A stretch of 64,000 nucleotides of DNA from Myxococcales bacterium (GTDB taxonomy: Bacteria; Myxococcota_A; Polyangia; Polyangiales; DASUME01), in the NCBI GenBank assembly GCA_047601445.1, contig JASGJH010000001.1, positions 5,248,001 through 5,312,000 of the forward strand, read 5' to 3'. A model generated the notes under the pieces. The model did no database searches, was not told where the DNA came from, and worked only from the letters and a program-made list of their open reading frames with translations. How positions within the stretch are numbered: the stretch's first letter is position 1; each line of letters opens with the position of its first letter. Shown here in pieces: positions 41,776 through 50,645 of this stretch. The position numbers and the translations under genes are program-made.

Positions 41776-43218
41776 TCATTTGGACGGCGGAGGCAGTTTC
41801 TTGAGCTCGACTTCGGCCAGCAACGGCAGCCCGATGGCTCGAACCTGCCACGGCTCCATGAGACGGCCTCTGCGGAACTCCCGCAAGCCGGCTCCGGCCA
41901 CGCCGAAGAGAATGGAGGCTATCAAGACAGCAATGAAGAGAACAGGCTTCTTACCCTTGAGGGGTCTGGAGGGGACCTCGGGCTGCTCGATCACGACATA
42001 GCGATGATTGAAGTCGGTCTCGGCGGAGGCCAGCTCGATGCGCGCGCTCTCCAGGCGCGCCGCGATCTCATCGGACTTGCGCAGGGCGTTGAACAGGCGA
42101 GCCTTGACGGGAGCCAGCTCGATGTCGCCCGTATCGACCGGCACCGGGGCATCGAGCTCTTCCTCGGCGGCATCACCCGCGGACACCTTGTTGACCCCCT
42201 TACTTGCCAGCCTGGCCAGTACGTCGGCCTCCTTGGCCTTCAGCGAAGCCATCTCCGCCGGGAGCTCGCTGGCCGCCTCCACGCGAGCCTCAGCCTGCTG
42301 GAGGAGCGGGTGGTCCTCGCTGTACTGGATTTTCAGGTCGGCCACGACCGTCTTCAGCTCCGTCAGGCGCTTGCGGTAGGGCTCCATGAGACTGCGTTGT
42401 TCCCGGCGGATTTCGGCCAGCTCACGCGTGAGGCTGGCGAGTTCCACGAGCGAGGCGTCTCGCTCTGGGTCCGAAACGGGCTTCTTGGGCGCGGTGGCCG
42501 AAACCGCCGGCTTGGCCGAGGTCTCGAGGACCCTGGTTACGCCGGACTCGATCGCGAGGTCGGCCTGCTGGAGCTGAGCCTCGAGGAAAGGGATGGCGCG
42601 CTGGATGGGCCCCAGGTCGTGCGAGGCACGCGCCGCCAAGAAGTTGCGCTGCACCAGCCTCGCGACCTCGTAGGCGCTCGGTCCATCGCGCCACTGCGCG
42701 CTGACACGGATCGATTCGCCGTCTTTTTTGCCCGTGATCGACGAGCCCAGCATCTCGACGAAGCCGCGCTCGAGGTCGCGCGCGGCCGGTTGTCCGAAGA
42801 TGGACCCCATCAGCTGATCTTTGAGGCGCATCGGGAGCGGCCGCGTGCTCGGCCAGCGCTCCACCAGCTGTGCTTCACGGACGATCGAAAGCAGGTTGTC
42901 TCGTGCCAGGATGAACTCCTCTAGCCCGCGTGCGCCTTCAATGGCTCGATTGCGGTCGCGACCGCTGGCTAGTGAGACCGTCAGGTTGCCGCCGTCCTGG
43001 ATGAAAATCTTGAAGGTGGCCTCGTAGATGACGGGCATCGCCGCCACGATGGTGCTGCCGAGGAGCGCGACCACGGTGGCGATCAGGAGACACAGCCCCA
43101 AGTTGAGCCGGACTGCGCGCACCACAAAAAGGGCCAGTTCCTTGGGAGAAAAGGCCGAAGCCTCCTCGCCTGGCTCCCCGCCTTCTGTCGACGCGTCGTG
43201 TTCAGCCGGAGGTACCAA
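41776..43218 (-). CDS. Polysaccharide co-polymerase (Wzz/Wzc-N, GumC-like), no kinase domain
   Basis: Two TM segments flanking a coiled-coil periplasmic region; YSEDHP and VIEQPEVP motifs; short C-tail. Confidence 0.82.
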   Translation of the reverse strand: MVPPAEHDASTEGGEPGEEASAFSPKELALFVVRAVRLNLGLCLLIATVVALLGSTIVAAMPVIYEATFKIFIQDGGNLTVSLASGRDRNRAIEGARGLEEFILARDNLLSIVREAQLVERWPSTRPLPMRLKDQLMGSIFGQPAARDLERGFVEMLGSSITGKKDGESIRVSAQWRDGPSAYEVARLVQRNFLAARASHDLGPIQRAIPFLEAQLQQADLAIESGVTRVLETSAKPAVSATAPKKPVSDPERDASLVELASLTRELAEIRREQRSLMEPYRKRLTELKTVVADLKIQYSEDHPLLQQAEARVEAASELPAEMASLKAKEADVLARLASKGVNKVSAGDAAEEELDAPVPVDTGDIELAPVKARLFNALRKSDEIAARLESARIELASAETDFNHRYVVIEQPEVPSRPLKGKKPVLFIAVLIASILFGVAGAGLREFRRGRLMEPWQVRAIGLPLLAEVELKKLPPPSK

Positions 43219-43435
43219 GGAAATTCAGTCCTAACGCTCGGTGGGTTACGGGTAGCAGATACTACCATGCAGCGCCAACTACCCCCTCCATGCTGCTGCG
43301 GACCGTCCGAATCGACATGTACCGAAGAGGGGCACATCACATTTGACGGACCGTGAAGAGACGCTTAGATCCTGGGAGAGCGTCCGTTCGCGCAGGGGCT
43401 CGTCCGCAAGGCTACGACATGAAAAGTCTTCCTGT

Positions 43436-44023
43436 ATGAGTCGACGTGACGCAGGGCTCATCGCCGACCTTCGATTGGATATGAGAATGATCCTGGGGTA
43501 CTGGAGCAAGCCCCAGACTTTCCGCAACGTTCTCTGGGCCATCTTCGCCTGCGACCCTTTCATCATCTTGCTGCTGTTCCGAACGCGACAGTGGTTGCGC
43601 CGCCACCATGTGCCGGTCGTGAACCGCGTCATGCGCATGATGGAGACCACGTTCTTCGCCATCGAGCTCGGCAACGATGTGGAACTCGGCCACGGTGTGC
43701 TGTTTATGCACTCGGTGGGGACGGTGGTCGGCGGCAACGCGAAGATCGGCGAGGCCGTCATCTTCCTCGGCAGCAACACCATCGGGGAGAACGGCGGCGC
43801 GGGTTACCCGCGCATCGGGGCCCGCACCGTGATTGGCGCGGGCGCTCGCATCCTCGGCGGCATCGAGGTCGGTGACGATTGCGTCATCGGTGCCAACGCG
43901 GTGGTGGTGAGCAACGTGCCTTCCGAAAAGGTCGCCCTGGGCATCCCTGCACGCATCGCCGGAGACAACAAGAACCTGCGCGAGCCTTTTCCACCCGATC
44001 CTCAGGTTGGTGTCGAACCATGA
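43436..44023 (+). CDS. Serine O-acetyltransferase-like LbH acyltransferase
   Basis: HSVGTVVGG, YPRIGARTVIGAGARILGGIEVGDDCVIGANAVV...GIPAR. Confidence 0.85.
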   Translation: MSRRDAGLIADLRLDMRMILGYWSKPQTFRNVLWAIFACDPFIILLLFRTRQWLRRHHVPVVNRVMRMMETTFFAIELGNDVELGHGVLFMHSVGTVVGGNAKIGEAVIFLGSNTIGENGGAGYPRIGARTVIGAGARILGGIEVGDDCVIGANAVVVSNVPSEKVALGIPARIAGDNKNLREPFPPDPQVGVEP

Positions 44024-45234
44024 AGATTCTGTTCTTCACTCCGTTCATGCCTGGTCCTCCCGTATTCGGAGGTCAGCGGCGTGTGCATGGTCTGATGACT
44101 GCGCTCGCCAAGTCTCACGAGGTCTCCTTGGTGTCCCTGGTGGACCCGAGCCTCGACCTGGGCCCGGCCCTGGCCGACGCGCGACAATACTGTCGCGAGA
44201 TCGTGACCGTGCCTGATCCACTGCACCGCGCGGCCGGCCGCGTGAAGCGCGTGCGCCAGCTGCAGTCGATGTTGTCCCTGCAGAGCTGGGAGGAGCAGCA
44301 GTACTTGCGGCCGGTCATGCAGCGCGCCCTGGAGCAGCACCTCGCCACGCGACACTACGACATCATCAACACCGAGTTCTCGTACATGGGAGGCTATCGC
44401 TTCCCCGTAAAGCGCAGTGGGGCCAACGCCACGAAGCTGGTGCTGGACGAGCACAACGTCGAGTTCGACATCCTGCGTCGTACGGCAAACGCCACGCGCT
44501 TCGACCGCCGGGTCTACAACGCCCTCAACTATCGCAAGTTGCGCCGGGAGGAGCTGCGCGCATGGCGCAGCTTCGACGGTGTCGCGTTCACCTCCGAGCG
44601 TGACGACGGCATCGCGCGCACCGAGGTACCCGGCGTCCGCACGGCCGTGATCCCGAACGGGGTCGACGTGGACGCCTTCCGGCCCGACGAGAGCACACCG
44701 ACGACGCCGCTCAGCGTGCTCTTCTTCGGAGCCATCAACTACTTCCCGAACACCGACGCGGTTCATTTCTTCGTCAAGGAAGTGGCCCCGCTCCTGGCCC
44801 GCAAGCACCCGAACGCGGTGATCCGAATCGTCGGCCCGGGTGCGCCACCCGAGGTGCAAGCGCTCGCCAGCGAGCGCATCCAGATCGTGGGCTTCGTGGA
44901 GGATCTGCACAAGGAGATCGCACGGGCGACCGTGGTCGTTGCGCCCCTGCGTATCGGAGGCGGAACACGGCTGAAGATCGTGGAAGCGATGGCGGTGGCA
45001 AAGCCCATCGTGTCCACCACGATCGGCGCAGAAGGCATCGACGTCAGCCATGGGCGGGACATCTTGCTAGCCGACAAGCCCGAGGACTTTGCGCGCGAGA
45101 TCGGTCGGGTGCTGGAGGACGAGGGACTCCAGCGCAGGCTCGGCAAGGCGGCGCGGGAGACGGCCGAGGCCCACTATAGCTGGAGCGCGGCCGCTCAAAA
45201 ACTTAGTGCTTTTTACGCTAGTCTGCTTGGCTAG
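44020..45234 (+). CDS. GT4 glycosyltransferase
   Basis: DEHNVE, IPNGVD, VAPLRIGGGTRLKIVEAMA, GAEGI motifs; ATGA overlap with the upstream gene. Confidence 0.92.
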   Translation: MKILFFTPFMPGPPVFGGQRRVHGLMTALAKSHEVSLVSLVDPSLDLGPALADARQYCREIVTVPDPLHRAAGRVKRVRQLQSMLSLQSWEEQQYLRPVMQRALEQHLATRHYDIINTEFSYMGGYRFPVKRSGANATKLVLDEHNVEFDILRRTANATRFDRRVYNALNYRKLRREELRAWRSFDGVAFTSERDDGIARTEVPGVRTAVIPNGVDVDAFRPDESTPTTPLSVLFFGAINYFPNTDAVHFFVKEVAPLLARKHPNAVIRIVGPGAPPEVQALASERIQIVGFVEDLHKEIARATVVVAPLRIGGGTRLKIVEAMAVAKPIVSTTIGAEGIDVSHGRDILLADKPEDFAREIGRVLEDEGLQRRLGKAARETAEAHYSWSAAAQKLSAFYASLLG

Positions 45235-45268
45235 GTGCGCGTAGGCGCGAGGCGAGGAGACTGCAACC

Positions 45269-46963
45269 ATGGGGTCGACGATGAAGCGTATGTGGAGACC
45301 GCTGATCGGCCTCGGCGTTTTGGCGGCGGTTTTGGCCTGCCGGAGCGCCAACGCCCGCCCGAAGCCCGCCCCCAAAGCCAGCAGCAACCTCAAGCTCGTG
45401 GACTCCGTGCTCACGCCGGGCGAGCCAGGCGTCGTGGATGTGACGTTCGAGATCCACGCGGACCAGGATGCACGCCCCATCTCACCGATGATCTATGGGA
45501 TCAACAGCGACGTCAAAGACGCGGAACGTCAGCGCTGGGGCTCGATTCGCAGCGGCGGCAATCGGCTCACCGCGTACAACTGGGAAACCAACGCCTCGAA
45601 CGCAGGGTCGGACTGGCTCTTCCAGAACGACAGCCTGATGGGAGAGAGTAACGAGCCCGCGAAACCCCTGCTCGATATCATCGACGCGGCCTCGAAGATC
45701 TCGGCTGCGACGGTCATTACGCTGTCCACCTCGGACTACGTGTCCGCGGACAAGAACGGTGGCGGCGACGTACGGGCCTCAGGTCCTGCTTACCTCTCGA
45801 CTCGCTTCCATCGCAACCTCGCCAAGAAGCCTGCCGCATTCACCCCACGTCCCAACCCCGACGATCACTTCGTGTACCAGGACGAGCTCGTCGCCTATCT
45901 GCGGAAGCAGCGGCCGCAGGCAAAGCTGCTCTTCGCGTTGGACAACGAGCCGGAGCTCTGGTCTCACACGCACGCGGAGGTGTTCCCGAAGCCGGTCACC
46001 TACGCAGACCTCTGGAAGCGCAACCACGAGTTTGCCAAGGCAGCCAAGGAAACCTGGCCGGGTATCGAGACCCTGGGCTTCGTCAGCTACGGATACCTGG
46101 GCTTTACGTCGCTGCAGAACGCTCCCGATGCTGGCGGCCGTGTGTTCGTGGACTGGTATCTCGATCAGGCCAAGGCTGCACACAAGAGCTTTGGCTCGCG
46201 TTTGATCGACTATCTCGATGTGCACTGGTACCCCGAAGCTCAAGGTGGTGGCCAGCGCATCGTCAGCGACATCACCACGCCTGAGGTCGTGTACGCGCGC
46301 GAGCAGGCCCCGCGCTCTCTCTGGGACGCGAAGTACGAAGAGAAGAGCTGGATTCGCGACAGCGCAGGTGGGCCTATCAACTTGCTCAATTGGCTGCAGG
46401 GCAAGATTGATTCGCACTACCCGGGCACCAAGTTAGCCCTCACGGAGTGGAACTTCGGTGCTGGTGGTCACGTGAGCGGGGCCATCGCGACGGCAGACGT
46501 CCTGGGTATCCTGGGGAAGTTCGGCGTCAACCTGGCGACCTATTGGGGTCTCTCCGAGCACGAGGCGTTCGCCTATGCTGCCTTCCGGGCCTACCGCAAC
46601 TTCGACAATCAGGGCGCTCAGTTCGGAGACACCTCCATCGCCGCCACCAACAGCAACGTCGAGCTCGGGTCCGTCTATGCCAGCATCGATCGGCAGAACC
46701 CGGCGCGCACGGTCATCGTAGCCATCAACAAGGCCACCACCCCCAAGAAGGCGGGGCTCAGGCTCTTTCACTCGGCGGCCTATTCAAGCGCCAAGGTCTA
46801 CTTGTTGAGCGGGGCGAGCCCCAACATGGCGAACGCGCCTAGCCTCACCGCCGTGGCCACCAACGCCTTCAAGTACACGATGCCGCCCCAATCGATCTCG
46901 GTGATCGTACCGGAGCTTCCGGGCAGCCCTCAGCCCGACAGCAGCGAGCGCACGAACAAGTAG
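45269..46963 (+). CDS. Glycoside hydrolase family 44 (endoglucanase-like) lipoprotein
   Basis: RSGGNRLTAYNWETNASNAGSDW, LDNEPELWSHTH, LDVHWYPE, LTEWNFG; lipobox VLAC. Confidence 0.88.
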   Translation: MGSTMKRMWRPLIGLGVLAAVLACRSANARPKPAPKASSNLKLVDSVLTPGEPGVVDVTFEIHADQDARPISPMIYGINSDVKDAERQRWGSIRSGGNRLTAYNWETNASNAGSDWLFQNDSLMGESNEPAKPLLDIIDAASKISAATVITLSTSDYVSADKNGGGDVRASGPAYLSTRFHRNLAKKPAAFTPRPNPDDHFVYQDELVAYLRKQRPQAKLLFALDNEPELWSHTHAEVFPKPVTYADLWKRNHEFAKAAKETWPGIETLGFVSYGYLGFTSLQNAPDAGGRVFVDWYLDQAKAAHKSFGSRLIDYLDVHWYPEAQGGGQRIVSDITTPEVVYAREQAPRSLWDAKYEEKSWIRDSAGGPINLLNWLQGKIDSHYPGTKLALTEWNFGAGGHVSGAIATADVLGILGKFGVNLATYWGLSEHEAFAYAAFRAYRNFDNQGAQFGDTSIAATNSNVELGSVYASIDRQNPARTVIVAINKATTPKKAGLRLFHSAAYSSAKVYLLSGASPNMANAPSLTAVATNAFKYTMPPQSISVIVPELPGSPQPDSSERTNK

Positions 46964-47730
46964 CCGTTGCCCAGCGCGGGCAGGTTGGCGAAGGCGCGCT
47001 CGCGCAGCTGTCCGACGAAGTCCTGCGTGTAGCGATTGGGCAAGAACGCGATCTTGCCGCCGTGGGCGCTGAAGGAGTCCTCGAGCTTGCTACCGCCGTC
47101 TTCCCAGGTGAAACCCAACATGGGCCGGATGGTCTTGCTGAAGTTCGGCATGCCGCGATGCCAGAGCGTGGACGGGCGGATCAAGACATCGCCGACGCTC
47201 ATGGTGATGCGCTTGGGGGCGTGACCGGCGAGCACGAACTGGTGGAACTTGTAGTCGCGCACGTGGGAGCCCGGGTTGAGCTCGATGGCGCCGTTGACCA
47301 GGTCGGTGTCGACTACCGCGATATTGGCGATCATGAAGGCGCTGTCGGCGTAGCCGTCGACGTGGGAATTCTGGGCGCGACTGCCGATCAGGTTCATGTT
47401 GCAGCCGATGTTCGGCATGCGCGTGGCCTGGGGAGAGAAGTGGCGGATGAGGTCGACCACGCCGGCGTCGTTCAGGGCATCGTAGACGAAGCGCGCGCCC
47501 GCGCCGGGGAAGCAGTTCAAGTGACCGCTGATGGTGCCGCCGCCAGAGAACAGCTCGCCCTCGCGCTTGACGCGGGCGAACTCGTCGAGCAGCTCGTCAC
47601 GCAGGCGCGCCAGGCCCTGCGCAGGGACGAGCTTGGGCAACACGAAGTAACCGTCTCGCGCCAGCTTCTGGCCGAGTTCCTCCCAGCGTTGCGGAGTCAG
47701 CGACGCGACCGGTTCAGGGCTCAACATCAC
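46930..47730 (-). CDS. Phytanoyl-CoA dioxygenase (PhyH) family Fe(II)/2OG enzyme
   Basis: DGYFVL, H-x-D (HVD), NGAIELNPGSH, GDVLI...WHRG..N...R motifs; start approximate. Confidence 0.82.
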   Translation of the reverse strand: MMLSPEPVASLTPQRWEELGQKLARDGYFVLPKLVPAQGLARLRDELLDEFARVKREGELFSGGGTISGHLNCFPGAGARFVYDALNDAGVVDLIRHFSPQATRMPNIGCNMNLIGSRAQNSHVDGYADSAFMIANIAVVDTDLVNGAIELNPGSHVRDYKFHQFVLAGHAPKRITMSVGDVLIRPSTLWHRGMPNFSKTIRPMLGFTWEDGGSKLEDSFSAHGGKIAFLPNRYTQDFVGQLRERAFANLPALGNGYLFVRSLLSG

Positions 47731-47891
47731 GGCAATCTCTCCTCTGAGGGTACGAGAGTATGCCTGCATCCTCCCCCTCGTCGAGGGTACGGATGATGAG
47801 ATTTGTGAGGGGAGTGACGCTCCGCTGGGGGTCGGTCGAGCAATTCCCTGCTAGGAACTAGCGTACCTCTAGCCGCTTCCTGGGAACCATC

Positions 47892-49391
47892 ATGGCTGTG
47901 AACGGAAAAAGCACCGGACGTGTCGTGGTCGTAGGCACGGGCCCCGCCGGAGCCGCAGCAGCGCTGTTCTTGAGCAAGGCAGGCATCGAGACACTGATGC
48001 TGGAGGTTGGCTCGGAGCAAGCGGAGCTCGGTTTTACCGCGCGCGTGAAGGGCTTTACCTTCGCGAAGCGCAGACCTCCTCTGCGGCAGCGACCGGACTT
48101 CAAGCGCATCGGCGATCCGGAGAGCGAGCTCTACGAGGAGCTCGCGCCAGGCGGCCTCTCGAACCAGTGGTCGTGCGCGGTGCCGCGCTTCGCCGAGGAG
48201 GACTTCCTCGACGCCAAGCGTGGTGGCGAAGTCCACACCTGGCCCATCGGTTATGCGGACGTCGCGCCCTGGTACGACAAGGTGGAGCCGCTGTTGCACG
48301 TGGCCGCAGGAGACAAAGACGCACCGCGTCTGCCCAGAAGCCGCGCTCAAGCGCTGTGGAAGCTCGGCAGGGATTGGGACGCCGTGTCGGATGCCGCGGA
48401 GCCGCTCGGTCGTTCGGTGGTGGTCATGCCCTACGCCAACGGCAAGTCCACCATGTTCACGCGCAGCGCCACGGCCTTCAATGCGTTCTCGCAGCTGGTG
48501 CTACCCGCCGTGCGCGCAGGTGAGCTCTCGATTCGCTACGACGCCAGGGTCTTGCGGCTGGAGTGGTCGGCAAGCGAACGGCGCGTGACGGCGGTCGTTT
48601 ATCGCGATGCCAAGAGCGGGCGCGAAGAGCGCGTGGAGTGCCGCGCGGTGGTGGTGGCGGCGGGCGCCGTCAACAGTGCGCAAATCTTGCTCCAATCGGA
48701 GAGCGCCGACTTCCCCAAGGGCCTCGGCAATCAGCACGACGTGCTCGGCCGCTACCTGCACGATCATCCGCTCGGCAAGCTGGTGATCGACTTGCCACGG
48801 CCCGTGAGCGTGCATCCGGCCAGCTACATCACGCGGCCACCCCTCGAGCGCTCCGAGCCGCTCTACGCCGCGGCGTACATGCAGTGGTGCGGCGCTCCCA
48901 CGCTGGTGCGCAGCGCGCTCAAGGGCACGCCCGGGCGCTTGAAGCAGATCGGCTTCAGCGTGTTCGGCACCATGGCGCCGAGTCCAGACGACTATGTGGC
49001 GCTCGATCCGGAGCGCGCCAAGAACGGCTCGGGCTCGAGCGTCGTCGTGAGTCTGCGGCATCCACCGGAGGCGGTGAAGACCCTGGAGCGCGCCCGCGAC
49101 GAGATGATGGACATCCTCAAGCGCGCAGGCTGGGACCCCCAGCTGAGCGTGTGGAAGGTCGAAGCACCCGGGAATTCGGTGCACTACGGCGGCACGTGCC
49201 GCATGCACGCCTCACCCCGCTTCGGTGTGGTCGACGCGTTCAGCCGCGTGCATGGCGTGCCCAACGTGGTGGTGGCGGACTCGTCGGTTTTCACAACCGG
49301 TCCCGAAAAGAACCCGGTCCTCACGTCCATGGCGCTTGCAGCACGCGCGGGTGATCGACTCGCGCAAGAGCTGAAGCAGGGTGACCTCTGA
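47892..49391 (+). CDS. GMC family FAD oxidoreductase
   Basis: VVVGTGPAG, GGLSNQW, WPIGY, LGRYLHDH, HYGGTCRM, NPVLT motifs. Confidence 0.9.
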   Translation: MAVNGKSTGRVVVVGTGPAGAAAALFLSKAGIETLMLEVGSEQAELGFTARVKGFTFAKRRPPLRQRPDFKRIGDPESELYEELAPGGLSNQWSCAVPRFAEEDFLDAKRGGEVHTWPIGYADVAPWYDKVEPLLHVAAGDKDAPRLPRSRAQALWKLGRDWDAVSDAAEPLGRSVVVMPYANGKSTMFTRSATAFNAFSQLVLPAVRAGELSIRYDARVLRLEWSASERRVTAVVYRDAKSGREERVECRAVVVAAGAVNSAQILLQSESADFPKGLGNQHDVLGRYLHDHPLGKLVIDLPRPVSVHPASYITRPPLERSEPLYAAAYMQWCGAPTLVRSALKGTPGRLKQIGFSVFGTMAPSPDDYVALDPERAKNGSGSSVVVSLRHPPEAVKTLERARDEMMDILKRAGWDPQLSVWKVEAPGNSVHYGGTCRMHASPRFGVVDAFSRVHGVPNVVVADSSVFTTGPEKNPVLTSMALAARAGDRLAQELKQGDL

Positions 49392-49531
49392 GGCTGCGCG
49401 CAGCGCGCGCTCACCCCGTACTGAATTCGCCGTAGCTGCGGCCCTCTAGCCGATTGCAGCGAGACCGCGTGCGATTCCTTTGAACAGATCGGGAGGCGGC
49501 GGGCATTAAGCACAACGGAGGTCTCGCGCCT

Positions 49532-50605
49532 ATGCGAACTGCCTTTTCTCCCTGCTTATTGGTCCTACTGACTTTTGGGTCGAGCTTGGTGCACGCCCAG
49601 GTTCCCGAGCAGCCCCCGGTGGCTGCCCCGCCGGTCACCTATGTGCCTGCTCCGGTGGCTCCAGCCCCCGCGCCGGCTCCCGTGGCTCCAGCGCCCGTGG
49701 CTCCGGCCCCTGTGGCCCCAGCCCCCGCGCCTGCAGCGCCCCCGCCGGTCTATGCGCCGCCGGCGCCGCCGCCCCAGTACGCGCCGGCACCAGTGGCGCC
49801 CTATCAGGCCCCCGCGCCTCAGCCCGTGGCTCCCGCCCCTGCACCTCCTCCGCAGTACGCCCCGGCACCGGTCGCTCCGGTGCCTCAGCCCGCATACGCA
49901 GCTCCTGCGCCTGCCCCGCAATACGCCCCTGCGGTGTACCCGGCAGGTCTGGCCCCCGCTCCGGCTGCTGTCGCTCCGGCTGCTGTCGCTCCGGCCGCGC
50001 CCCCGCCCGCCCCGCCCTACGCCGGCTATCCACCGCCTCCGCCCGGCTACACCTACGCGCCCATCCCGCCCGCCGGGATGTCCCCGGCCGAGGTCGCGCG
50101 CCGCGACATGCTGCACGCCGAACTGATGCGCGTGGAGTCCCAGCTCGCGAGCGTGAATGCGCGTCGCCAGAGCATCGGCGGACCGGTGGCGCAAACCGTG
50201 ATCGGCCTCGGCGGCACGCTCATCTTCTCGGCCGTGGCCCTCAGCACCTTCGCGGGTGCCGAGTCGATTCAGCACCGCCGATATCATCACTGTAACTACT
50301 ACGACGACCAGAACAGCTCCCACTGCTACGAGGACCTCGACGTCACCGACAACGGCGTCGTGAACCACAGTGACGAGATGGCGCTGCGACGCACGGCTTA
50401 CGCGTTCACCACGCTGGCAGCCGTCTCCGCCGTGGTCGGCATCAGCGGTATCTTCCGGCTCGCCCGGCGCAGTTCCGAACGCCGCTCGGTCAAGGCCGAG
50501 CGCCGAGGCCTCATGGAGCAGCGCAACTCGCTCAAGCGGCAACTCGACTACGGGGTGAGCATGGCCCCCGGCAACCTGCAGCTCGGAGTGAAGGGTAAAT
50601 TCTGA
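49532..50605 (+). CDS. Exported Pro/Ala-rich hypothetical protein with C-terminal hydrophobic helices
   Basis: GGAGG SD; signal peptide ending VHA-Q; about 160 aa of APAPV/PQYAP repeats; ends GVKGKF. Confidence 0.72.
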   Translation: MRTAFSPCLLVLLTFGSSLVHAQVPEQPPVAAPPVTYVPAPVAPAPAPAPVAPAPVAPAPVAPAPAPAAPPPVYAPPAPPPQYAPAPVAPYQAPAPQPVAPAPAPPPQYAPAPVAPVPQPAYAAPAPAPQYAPAVYPAGLAPAPAAVAPAAVAPAAPPPAPPYAGYPPPPPGYTYAPIPPAGMSPAEVARRDMLHAELMRVESQLASVNARRQSIGGPVAQTVIGLGGTLIFSAVALSTFAGAESIQHRRYHHCNYYDDQNSSHCYEDLDVTDNGVVNHSDEMALRRTAYAFTTLAAVSAVVGISGIFRLARRSSERRSVKAERRGLMEQRNSLKRQLDYGVSMAPGNLQLGVKGKF

Positions 50606-50645
50606 GCGAACGGCGAGGAGCTCCCCGTGACAGACTGCACCCTCG

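Noticed and set aside
49600..50070. Pro/Ala-rich repeats as a DNA repeat element
   Set aside because: Low-complexity coding sequence of an exported protein with variable codons
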